A stretch of DNA of 64,000 nt from Eledone cirrhosa (Eukaryota): NCBI GenBank assembly GCA_964016885.1, contig OZ024740.1, forward strand, positions 5,332,001-5,396,000. Direction: 5' to 3'. The notes beneath the pieces were generated by a model that searched no databases, was not told the DNA's origin, and was given only the letters and a program-made list of their open reading frames with translations. The translations under genes and the position numbers were made by a program. Shown here piece after piece: positions 12,819 through 24,249 of this stretch. Every line of letters begins with the position of its first letter. The first letter of the stretch is position 1.

Positions 12819-14019
12819 CCGTTTTACGTCCGTTCTTCCACGCTAGCATGGGTTAGATGGGTTGTCCTGCTGTGGACAGTGTCCAGTTGGCTGACCATGC
12901 CTTGCTCATAAGGGAACTGATTCTAGCTTGATTTCTACAGCTGGATGCCCTTCCTAACACCAACCTCATTTACAGTGAGTGCTGGGTGCTTTTTTTTCAT
13001 GGCGCCTACACGCCCACTTTGCAGTGGGAGGGTGTGGGGGCATATTGTCTATATGCTTCAGCTTCGGCTTGTTCCTGTGGGGGGTCGGGTCTTCTGTATT
13101 ACTGCGTGATGCCAGAGGTCACGGTCGTGTGTCATCGCCTTTGAGAGGTGTAATTGGGTAAGGTCGGCTTTTATCACCTCATCCCAGGTCTTCTTGGGTC
13201 TCCCCACTCTGTGGCTTCCATCGACTTCTAGTGCTCTGCACCTTTTTATGCAGCTGTCATCCTTCATACACATCACATGTCCATACCAATGCAACCGCCT
13301 CTCCTGCACACAGCATTTCATTCCTCTTATGCTCAGTCTCTCTCTCAATTCATTTATGCTTTGCCGTTCGCATATATTACTATTACACATCCATCGGAGC
13401 ATGCAGGCTTCGTTTCTTTCTGATCTACGTAAGTCTTCCACCATCAGCGCCCAGGTCTCACTACCATGTAACATTGCTGTTCATATACATTGAGAGAGAG
13501 ACTGAGCATAAGAGGAATCAAATGCTGTGTGCAGGAGAGGCGGTTGCGTTGGTATGGACATGTGATGCGTATGAAGGATGACAGCTGCATAAAAAGGTGC
13601 AGAGCACTAGAAGTCGATGGAGACCACGAAGTGGGGAGACCCAAGAAGACCTGGGATGAGGTGATAAAAGCCGACCTTACTCAATTACACCTCTCAAAGT
13701 CAATGACACACGACCTTGACCTCTGGCATCACGCAGTAATACAGAAGACCCGACCCCCCACAGGAACAAGCCGAAGCTGAAGCATATAGACAATATGCCC
13801 CCACACCCTCCCACTGCAAAGTGGGCGTGTAGGCGCCATGAAAAAAAAGCACCCAGCACTCACTGTAAATGAGGTTGGTGTTAGGAAGGGCATCCAGCTG
13901 TAGAAATCAAGCCAGAATCAGTTCCCTTATGAGCAAGGCATGGTCAGCCAACTGGACACTGTCCACAGCAGGACAACCCATCTAACCCATGCTAGCGTGG
14001 AAGAACGGACGTAAAACGG

Positions 14020-14050
<31 letters not shown>

Positions 14051-14331
14051 TCTGTAACTCCTGATGGAGTCCCAGTGGCAGCATATTGACATACAACATT
14101 TCTTGAGCTTTTTTAAACCTGGAAGAGCCCTCCATCTCTAAATACAGCAGATTTCTTCCAGAAGATAGAAAGTGAAGTATAGAAGTGAGAAATGGATATA
14201 GAAGAAGAATCAACTCCAGTACTTGACTGGTACTTTTTTTATCAAACTTGAAAGGATAAAAGGCAAAGTTGACCTCAGCAGGATTTGAACTCAGAGAGAG
14301 AATACTTCAAAGCACACTATCCAACATACTA
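12507..14331. repeat. Long inverted repeat: arms 12507-13349 and 13489-14331 (843 bp each), 139-bp spacer
   Basis: Arms are reverse complements. The ORF track gives the identical 73-aa ORF on both strands (12625+ and 14213-). Each arm contains a SINE piece, unique DNA and an RTE 3' end. Confidence 0.95.
12790..13488 (-). mobile_element. RTE 3' fragment (subfamily B)
   Basis: MLHGSETWAL..RLHWYGHV..GRPKKTW on the minus strand; (CAT)n tail. Confidence 0.9.
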
Positions 14332-14678
14332 TCCCACAGTAATACAGAGTACCCAACCTCCCATGGGTACAAGCTGAAGCATATAGACAATATGCCCCCA
14401 CACCCTCCCACTGCAAGGTCGTCGTGGAGGTGCCACAGCAAAAAAGCACCCAGCCCACACTGTAAAGTGGGCGTGTAGGCGCCACGGAAAAAGCACCCAG
14501 CACTCACTGTAAATGAGGTTGGTGTTAGGAAGGGCATCCAGCTGTAGAAATCAAGCCAAATCAGTTCCTGTATGAACAAGGTATGGTCAGCCGACCAGAC
14601 GCTGCCCACAACAGAACAACCCATCAAACCCATGCTAGCATGGAAGAACGGACGTAAAACGGTGATGATGATGATGAT
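13489..14678 (+). mobile_element. RTE 3' fragment (subfamily B) split by a ~600-bp inverted-copy insertion
   Basis: RLRWYGHV..GRPKKTW. A second 3'UTR resumes at cagtaatacag (14337) and ends in (GAT)n at 14678. Confidence 0.8.
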
Positions 14679-15198
14679 ACACGCATCATACAGTCTGCCT
14701 TTCATTTTGAGGGAAAAGCCTTTTGCAGCTAGCAGTGGTAGTAGTTCCCTAAACTTCTTCCATCCCATTCTTACCCTAGTTATTTTACTTTCCGAACACC
14801 CACCTCCGCTGCTAATTCAGTCACCTAGGTAGCAGAAGCTGTCTACTGTTTCTACAGAGCCCTCCCAGAGTTTGGTGGTACTTGTTTCCTGTGGTTGTTT
14901 GCTGCTTACGGTCCCAGCACAGCTGCTACATGTGAAGCCTACATTCTGAGTTAAGCTTCCTGAGATCCCACTATATCTCTTGTGTACCCATTGTTTGCAT
15001 TTGGGGCAGAGAATGGAGTTCCTACCTACACCTTTCCTACATACTGAGCAAGGCCATATCCCTGAGGGGATCTGGGTTCTGTTTTCTCGTCTACTTACAA
15101 GGACCTTAGTCTTTGTCAGGTTGACTTTGAGACCCTTTCTTTCTAGTCCCTGCTTCCAAGTTTGGAATTTCTTCTCTAGTTCTACTATAGATTCAGAT
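14678..15198 (-). mobile_element. RTE RT-region fragment
   Basis: WKKFRELLPLLAAKGFSLKMKGRLYDAC and the Cys-rich insert on the minus strand. Confidence 0.85.
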
Positions 15199-15200
15199 AT

Positions 15201-15331
15201 ATATTCATTATTAGTACAGATTAAAGTTTAAGCAAAGAATTTACCCTATTACGGGATCTTCTGAAGATCCCGTAATAGGGTGAAAGCAGAAATTCTTTGC
15301 TTAAACTTTAATATGTACTAATAATAAATAT
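15201..15331. repeat. Fold-back of a Penelope-like pLTR containing a hammerhead-like core
   Basis: Imperfect palindrome centred at 15262 (gatcttc-t-gaagatc); ctgaaga-tccc-gtaata-ggg-t-gaaa. Related sequence at 62451-62505. Confidence 0.6.
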
Positions 15332-15375
15332 TTGTTCTACGGGTTTATATGTATTTATATATATATATATATACA

Positions 15376-15770
15376 AAATTGTTAACCATCTTGCCAACAA
15401 CAACCCTGAGTAGCTTTTTGATTTACATGTGTCTAACACACGTGGTAATGCCCACAAAGTCAGAAAACAGCACAGTTCCCATGACTTTCCGAAACATTTT
15501 TTCACGCTCAGAGTTGCTGCAGCATGGAACAAACTACCTGCATCAGTTGTTAGCTGTCGAGACACTGCATCCTTTAAGGCCTCCATGCTTCCCGAGATCT
15601 GCCAACACTACAGCTAATGTTCCCCCTCCATACACATACACACATGTATACCATGACTCATACACTATTCACTTCCCTGACATTTGTGTATTATTCTATG
15701 TACTATACATACACCTTTGACGAGTTGTAGTGCACCTGAGCACTTTACACAATAATTTCATTATTATTAT
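15376..15770 (+). mobile_element. CR1-group LINE 3' end
   Basis: NTRGNAHK..HFFTLRVAAAWNKLPASVV..SFK, typical of the CR1 ORF2 C-terminus; (ATT)n tail. Confidence 0.8.
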
Positions 15771-17059
15771 AATCCTTATCGAGCACTCTTTGGATTTTGG
15801 TCTTCATAATTATTATTACTATATATATATATATAAAATAGAATTAGAATTTAGCTTCAAACATAGCTGTATGACAAATATGTGTATTTGAATTTCATAT
15901 TTCTAAAGAAATATGGTATGTTTATGAATAAACATTTAGAAAGCCGTTGCTATGCAAAAACACTGACAGTTAACACAACCCAGAGTGTCCAGCAAAAGCA
16001 AGGGGGACAATTATCGATACATTTCGAACTAAACGGTTCTTGTCAGGATGATCTTTTCCGCTCTTGCAACTGCTGGACTTTAAAACAGGCGAGAATATAT
16101 AGTTTTCTTATCTGTGTAAATATATATATGTGTACGCGTGTGTGTATGTATGTACAGTAATATCCCATTTAGTGCTTATTTGCTTTAGTACTTTTTTTAA
16201 AGATAATATCATAAAGGGTATAAGAAAATAACAGACAAACTAAATTTTTCTTCTGACGACCCACACACACACTTTGTTTTCAACTAAGAAGGAGGGGACA
16301 TGTTCCATGATTACAATTTTGGAAAAGTATGCTTCCATGGTTGGACAATGTAACACTACACAAGATGCCACTAGTCCAGTTTATCATGTAAAACCAAGGA
16401 ACATCATCAAGAACTTACAAGAAGATAATTCAGAAGAATTCACAGAAAGTAGAATTTGGTTTTTTAGATTCAAACAACAGCATAAACAACATCACACTGC
16501 AATGAAACTGTAAGAGCAGATGCTTAGGAAGGGTAGAAATTTCTCTAGGTCTTTAAGGGTTCCCTTCAGCTGGGTAACTACCCTCCCCAACTTAAGCAGG
16601 ATACACATTTTTCAGCTTGATAACTAACCTCCCCCAATTTAGACAGGATAATAACTACCCTCTCCAACTGAGGTAAGATAGAAATTTCTCTAGGTCCTTA
16701 GGAATACCCTTCAGTTGGGTAATTACTCCCCCACTCCATCTTGTATTTCAGTTGAATGAAACAAGTCTTTTCTCACTCATATGAAAAAAATGCACCCCCC
16801 CCCCCCAAAAAAAAAGAAAAACCGCTCTTCTTGTTTAAAGGTAAAAAAAGACTAGTACTTAGCGATAATGCTTCAGGAGCTTTCAAGTTGAAACCAGTGT
16901 TTATTTACTAATCAGAAACACTGTGATCAATGAGGAGAAATATCACAACTGTATCTGTCTTTGATCTGGAGATCAAACAAGAAGATCTGGGTAGCAACAG
17001 AAATATTCACACAGTGTTATTTGGTAGTTTTGTATATTTCACACTCTTGTCTAATATGG

Positions 17060-19815
17060 TATGGACTTCCAACAGTTTCAATGATGAATGTTCCAGTTGT
17101 TCCGTGGAAGTGGCTGGGCACTCCACAGAGACATATATACATTTAACATAATTCTTACTCAATGCATATGACAGTAAAGAAAGAACAGATCGAGACATTC
17201 AATGTAGAAGAACACTGGAAGTTCCTAAAAAATAACTTACTAAAGGCGACGGACGAGATCTGTGGTTGGAGCAAGACCACAGGGAAGAGGAGAGTGACTT
17301 GGTGGTGGAACAATAAGGTAGATGAGGCAATTAAGGCTAAGAGACAGGCATGGAAAGAATGGAAGAGCGGGGGGAGCAGGGTACATTACATAGAGACCAA
17401 GAGGGAAGCTAGGCGACAAGTATACTTAGCTAGGAGGGAAGTAGAGGATAGTGAATTCAAGCATGTTTTGCAATCAGAGGACCAGAAACAGGAGGTGTTC
17501 AGGATTGCGAGGCAATGTGTCAGAGAGAATTGTGATGTCATTGGAGAGAAGTGTATCCGGAATGATAAAGGTGAGCTTGCCCTCACAAGTGCTGAGAAGA
17601 AAGATGCGTGGAAGCGCCATTATGAAAGATTACTAGATGAGGAGAATGCATGGGAAGAGACCCTACCCCAAGTAATACAAGTCAGCAGCAGAGTAGTAAG
17701 TAAGGCAATCAAAGATATGAAGATGGGGAAGGCAACCGGTCCATCGGGTATAGCTGCCGAGATGCTGAAGGCATCTGGGTCTGTAGGTTACACCATAACC
17801 ACACGTATTGTTAACCAGGTAATACTAGAAGGTGTCATACCAAACGATTGGTGCAGCAGCATCATTGTCAACTGCTACAAAGGTAAAGGTGATGCACTAG
17901 ATAGAGGAAACTATAGAGGTATAAAACTGATGGACCATGAAAGTAATGGAATGAGTTATAGCACAGTTGATTAGGGACCGGGTAAAACTAGATGAGATGC
18001 AATTTGGATCTGTGTCAGGAAAAGACACCACTGATGCCCTCTTCCTTGTGAGGTAGTTACAGGAAAAGTACCTAGCTAAAAGTAAGCTGCTCTACCTGGC
18101 ATTCCTCGATCTGGAAAAAGCCCAGAGTTCCTTGTGCTATAATCTGGTGGGCTCTTAGAAAACTAGGAGTAAATGAATGGCTTGTGGAAGCTGTACAAGC
18201 CATGTATAGGGGAGCAGTCAGCAAAGTTAGGGTTAACAATGACTATAGCGAGGAATTTAGCATACAGGTCGGTGTCTACCAGGGCTCTGTTCTTAGCCCT
18301 CTCCTGTTCATTACAGTATTGCAGGAAATAACAGAGGAGTTTAAGACTAGATGCCCATGGGAACTCCTGTATGTGGATGATCTCACACTTATAGCTGAAT
18401 CTATGGAGGAACTAGAGAATAAATTCCAAACATAGAAGCAGAGACTAGAAAGAAAGGGTCTCAAAGTCAACCTGACAAAGACTAAAACAGAACCCAGATC
18501 CCCTCAGGGAAATGGCCTTGCGCAGTATGTAGGAAAGGTGTAGGTAGGAACTCCATCTTCTGCTCCAAACTCTGCTTGTGTAGGGGTAGGTAGGAACTCC
18601 ATCTTCTGCTTGCAAACAATGGGTACACAAGAAATGTAGTGGGATCTAGGGAAGCTTAGCTAAGAATGTAGGCTTTACATGTAGCAGCTACACCGGGACA
18701 GCAAGCAGTAAATGGCCACAGGAAACAAGTTCCACCAAACTCTGGGAGGGCTCTGTAGAAACAGTAGACAGCTTTTGCTACCTAGGTGACCGAATTAGCA
18801 GCAGAGGTGGGTGTTCAGAAAGTACAATAACCAAGGTAAGAATGGAATGGAAGAAGTTCAGGGAGCTACTGTCACTGCTAACTGCAAAAGGCTTTTCCCT
18901 CAAAATGAAAGGCAGACTGTATGATGCGTGTATACGAACAGCAATGTTACATGGTAGTGAGACCTGGGCGTTGTGTGTAGAAGACTTGCGTAGATTAGAA
19001 AGAAACAAAGCTTGCATGCTCTGATGGATGTGTAATAGTAATATATACGAACGGCAAAGCATAAATGAACTGAGAGAGGGACTGAGCATAAGAGGAATGA
19101 AATGCTGTGTGCAGGAGAGGCGGTTGTGTTGGTATGGACATGTGATGCCTATGAAGGATGACAGCTACATAAAAAGGTGCAGAGCATTAAAAGTCGATGG
19201 AAGCATTGGAGTGGGGAGACCCCAGAAGACCTGGAATGAGGTGATAAAAGCTGACCTTGCCCAATTGCACCTCTCAAATGCGATGACACAGGACCATGAC
19301 CTCTGGCGTCATGCAGTAATATAGACGACCCGACTCCCACGGGTACAAGCCGAAACTGAAGCATATAGACAATATACCGCCACTCACTCCCACTGCAAAG
19401 TGATTGTGGAGACGCCACGGAAAAAAGGTACCCAGCACTCACTGTAAATGAGGTTGGTGTTAGGAAGGGCATCCAGCTGTAGAAATCAAGCCAGAATCAG
19501 TTCCTGTATGAGCAAGACAAGGTCAGTCGACTGGACACTGCCCACAACAGGACAACCTGTCTAACCCATGCTAGCGTGGAAGAATGGATGTAAAATGATG
19601 ATGATGATTCAGCATGACACAGTGTATGAGAAGGCTGGTCCTTTGAATTACGTTTACAGCATCTGACAGGCTTCTAAACAGTTCACATCTACCAAATTTC
19701 ACTTACCTGTTATAGGTTAATTTGAATTTATGGTAAATGACATTTTCCCAAGATCCTACACAGTGGGATTGAACCCTGGACATAATAATTGAGAAGTGAA
19801 CTCAGGTACACTGTG
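17060..19815 (-). mobile_element. OK/Nin-like SINE remnant split by the RTE insertion (17060-17157 and 19608-19815)
   Basis: gttccagttg..aagtggctgggcactccacaga on the left continues as attcagcatgacacag..aggctggtcctttgaa on the right (recalled consensus). Confidence 0.5.
17160..19607 (+). mobile_element. 2.4-kb 5'-truncated RTE LINE (subfamily B), inactivated RT
   Basis: TWWWN; KATGPSGIAAEMLKA; YKGKGDALDRGNYRGIKL; QGSVLSPLLF; LLYVDDL; frameshifts and stops; (GAT)n tail. Confidence 0.93.
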
Positions 19816-19879
19816 TTCACAGCCCAATAGACAAAATATGTGAAGAAAATAACCGAAGGCATTATTGGTGATTAAAAAT

Positions 19880-20097
19880 GATTTCTACTATAGGCACAAG
19901 GCCAGCAATTTTTGGAGATTGGAAAGTCAATTAAATCGACCCCAGTGCATTACTGGTGCTTTATTTTATCAACCTTGTAAGGATGAAAGGCAAAGCTGAC
20001 CTCAGCAGGATTTGAACTCAGACCATAAAGGGCCATAACTCTATGCTGCAAAGCATGTTGTCTGATACTCTACTGATACTGCCAATCCACTACCCTA
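19880..20097 (-). mobile_element. MetaSINE-like tRNA SINE
   Basis: ggcacaaggcc..ttttatc..ggatgaaaggcaaag..ggatttgaactc is the reverse complement of the 3522 family. Confidence 0.75.
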
Positions 20098-20757
20098 ATT
20101 GGTCATTAATAATGGTGTAGGCCACACTTAGAATAGGGACACCCTTCAGACTTGTATTTCTGTCAAAGTAGGTTATTTATGGCCCACAGTGCTGGACTTA
20201 CCATTGCACTTCGGTGTGTTTAAACACAGGGCCCCGTTGGCTAAGGGGACCCATTTTCCTGTCCCCAAAAATTTTTTACCTCCTTCAGGGCACAAGTAAG
20301 GGGATACGTAACTTAACTAGCACAGGACCTCATTAGTCCTAAATCCAGCACTGATGACCCAGCATGTTATTTCTAGTGAAGGTCTACTTCTGTTAACACT
20401 CTTTGAAAACAACTTGTGGGAGAATCATACCATTCTATCAGGGACTTCTGGTAAAACAACCATGGGTAACGTCAAAGAAGTCTGAGATAAAGTAATTGAG
20501 AACTGTATAAGAAGAGTTTGGAAGATTCCATGAATAGAAATATGTAATGACTTCCCGGAATTTGATGAAGAGATACGACCAGCAGTGATCAATAACATTG
20601 CTGAGTTATTGATCACTGCTGGTCAATAAAGGGAGATTGGACATTGCCAATAAGGGAGGTTTGGTGAAGTTAATAAACTCTTACAGTAAATATTAGTTGA
20701 AGGGGTTCAGGAGTTAGTTCATGATGATGAGGATGCGGCCGCTGACACAGACGTTGA

Positions 20758-21192
20758 CTACCACAACCACCACTACCACCACCACCACCACCAGCACCAC
20801 CACCACCACCACTACCAGCACCACCACCACCACAACCACCACCACCCACCATCAGCATCACTACCACCACCACAACCACCTTCACCACCACCACTACCAC
20901 TACCAGCACCACCACCACAACCACCACCACCAACACCACTACCACCACCACCACCATCACCACCACCACCACCACCACCACCACCACCACAACCACCACC
21001 ACCACCACCACCACTACCACCACCACAACCACCACCACCACCACCACCACTACCACCACCACCACCACCACCACCACCACCACTACCGCCACCACCACCA
21101 ACACCACTACCACCAACACCACTACCACCACCACAACCACCATCACCACCACTACCATCACCACTACCACCGCCACTACCACCACCACCACA
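20758..21192. repeat. (CAC)n trinucleotide tract
   Basis: Direct reading. Confidence 0.95.
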
Positions 21193-21424
21193 TTAGTCTG
21201 GGAATGAAGCAGCAAGAAGACAAACAGTAACCTTACATGCGATATCCTACTGCCAGGGAGAGAGGGAGGGAGGGAAGCAGTGACAGTGGTAGTTAGGTTC
21301 CTATGTGTAGGACCCGGTGTATGTTTCACAGACACACAGATAGTATTATTCGGATATCAGCAGTATAGAAATACACCATGAGGAGTAGATAGATAGAAAG
21401 ATATATTGAATATATATATATGTT

Positions 21425-21600
21425 TTTTCCAATTCCAACTTGCCCATCCCCTCAATCTATCTTATTTTTCATTCTTTCTTCTGATGAAGGACTAGCGTCC
21501 GAAACATTAAGACCCTCTTCCTACTATATCAAGCGTTAACCTAATATATCCCGTCCATATATTGTACCGATTGTGTTGTTATTTCTGTTTATCTTTTACA
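21425..21600 (+). mobile_element. Penelope-like pLTR fragment with minimal hammerhead ribozyme motif (21476-21513)
   Basis: tct-ctgatga-a-ggac-tagc-gtcc-gaaac(a)tta-aga; sister copy at 51361-51490. Confidence 0.65.
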
Positions 21601-21601
21601 T

Positions 21602-22039
21602 ACCGAGATCTTTGGTGCTACGCAGTAATACAGAAGACCCGCCTTGCCTAAGTGCAAAGCGAAACCTACAGTCAGTAGGCACCTCTTACCAAAATACACC
21701 CCCGTCCCACTACCCCACCCCATCCACACCACCCCTTTTGATGTAAAGTTATGTTGGTACCACAACATCCAGTCCTAAATAAATGAGGTCGTGTAGGTGT
21801 CACGACAAAAAAAAAACACACACAGTCCACGCTGTAATGTGGCCGTGTAGGTAACACAGTAAAAACCTTCCAGTCCACACTGTAAACGTGGTTGGTGTTA
21901 GGAAGGGCATCCAGCCGTAGAAAACCCGCCAGACAGCCCTGAGCAAGACAACCAATCTTGCCTCAAGTGGGAAAATTCCCGTCCAAACCCATGCAAGCGT
22001 GGAAGAAGGACGTTAAATGATGATGATGATGATGATGAT
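21602..22039 (+). mobile_element. RTE 3' fragment (subfamily A)
   Basis: Shared 3'UTR; (GAT)n tail. Confidence 0.88.
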
Positions 22040-22496
22040 ACACACATATATATATATATATGTATGTATAGTATATTTGGCAATATACCGTCCAGCAAAA
22101 ATTAGGTAGTACGATTGGTGCTCTAAAATAGCGATGTATACATGAATGTACATATAGTATATTTGGCAATCTACCGTATGTTTAATTAAAAACATTTTGA
22201 AGACCATACGCTATCGGTTTTAAAGTAGTGACTATGTCACTTACTTCTTTTCGGCGAAAGAAGGGAGAGAAGCTAACAGTCTGTTTCACGCTATTGGTAA
22301 TCCTAATACCTAATTTTTGCTGGACCGGCAATCGCTCTGTATAATCAGCTCCTGATTATTACTGGAATTCTATAAGAATCCAGCTTCTATAATTTTCAGC
22401 AAAAGCAGGGAGTGCGTGGCTTTGATGATCGCCAACAGCGTGAAACAGAATGTATACATCGCTATTTCAGAGCACTAATCCTAATATATATATATA

Positions 22497-23567
22497 CTAG
22501 CAGAGGTACCCGGCGTTGCTCGGATATTAAATAGCAGTTGTGTATACCATTTATGTCAATACTTCAGTGCTGCTTCGAAAACTATACTTTTACAAAATCA
22601 TCGGCTATTTCCAAAAGGGGGTTCCTGCCCCCAGGGGTCCCCTACCCAATATGTGCCAATTCTGAGAGTTCACATTCATCTGTAAGACAAACAAACGTAG
22701 CCCATGTGTCAAATTTTGTGAAAATCGGTTGCGAACTCCAGAATTTTTGACGTTTTGTTGCATTGCACTGCAGTGCTTCAGTCGACTCCAAGGAAGTGGT
22801 TAAAGTGGTTAAAGGGGTTATCTGACGGGCGGCCCTATAATCAATATCTGGAAAAATGACAGTGCCCATGACCATCCGGAGTACATAAGTAACCTATGTC
22901 TTAAGTTTGGTGAAAATACTGTAGACATGCGTAAGGTTTATACATACGGGCGTGCGTTCGCGTGTGTGTGTGGGTGGGTGGGGGTGTATGTATTTGTGTG
23001 TGCATATGTATGTGTATGTCCGTCGGGGCATACGTATGTACTGGCCTAAATCTTCACTATTTACTTTTACTATTTTAATAACCTCTGTCATTTTCGTTTT
23101 CAATTTTATTTACATCATTCTTAAACTCCGGGGCTGGAAATCATTCTGTTATGTTAAATAGAATATTAGTCTAACGACTCCATTTATACCATAAACTTGG
23201 TCTTTTCTTTGCATGAAATTGTTCTTCACGATCCACATAGCGACGTATTATCCTCGCTTTGTTCCCGTTCATTGCCAGGGAACATCTTCACGAACCAAAA
23301 TATCGTCTTCCTGTTTTCGTTCGGTTGCAATATTTCTCGAAATATTTACTTCTGCGTTCACAGATTACTCTCAGTTCAATTTGAATGGGAAATTCCTGTT
23401 TCATCGATTTTCTCCGTAACCATGGAAGCTTGTAGCTTGAAAGTCGACCCTCCTCTGGTCATTCTGCATAACTGTAAATTTTCGCTGCATTCCACCAAGC
23501 CGTTTCGACGTTTATCCGACTACACCAACATATACAACATCCGACCACTTCCAATTTATATAGTAGA
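22497..23567 (-). mobile_element. Non-autonomous Helitron (~1.07 kb)
   Basis: Minus strand starts TC (tctactatataaattgg) and ends ccgagcaacgccggg hairpin + tacctctgCTAG. Sits between A and T with no TSD. Same 3' end as the 55942 element. The 5' end is less certain. Confidence 0.7.
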
Positions 23568-24249
23568 TTTGTTTATATATGAATGACAAAAAGAAAAGTA
23601 CAAAACTATACATGAATTGTTTCTACTAAACCTTCAATTTAAGACACAACCTACATATTTGATAGGACTCCAGCTCACACCTTCTTCTTCTTCTTCTTCT
23701 TTTGCTCCCTCTGGAACATTGGGCTGCGAGCCACCCCCACACAACACCATGTTCTGAGTCTGCTTTTCAACTCCACCGTGATGCACGGTGCGTCATGGTG
23801 TATCTAACCATTTTTATAGGTCTTACTACGGCTGATTTCTTCCAGAGAGAAAGAAAGAGATGGAAAAAGGCAGAGAAGATTCATCCCCGGAGGAATAATA
23901 AAAAATGTTTACACTGCACATTTCAATTTTCAAAGCTAAAGCTGCCGATCCAAAATCAGTAATTCAACTCCCTGAAAACTTTCAAATATATGCTGTTCTA
24001 GCATGAATATTATGTTAATAACTCACCGAACGCGATATTAAATAGACCGTTTGGGGGCCCTAGGGACCACATTTTTCAAGTTAGAGATTTGAAACCTCGT
24101 CTATTTGCTTCCTTGGCACTTTTCACATAGGTGTGTAAATTTTCATGTCCGTCCGACCACGTCTACTACCATTTAACCGTGCACAACTGAATTTCAACCA
24201 CCACCCATTTCACAAATATATATTAGATATATATATATATATATATATA

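Larger units (their letters stand above)
16155..20692 (+). pseudogene. Decayed Tigger/pogo DNA transposon, fragmented by nested SINEs and an RTE
   Basis: Colinear motifs: TA-CAGTAATA start; CENP-B HTH EEFTESRIWFFRFKQ (~16430); NETSLF (~16755); DNASGAFKLKPVFIY (~16865); IWRSNKKIWV..EIF (16961); NGVGH..VKVGYLWP (~20110); VWK..NDFPEFD (~20520). Many stops and frameshifts. Confidence 0.75.
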
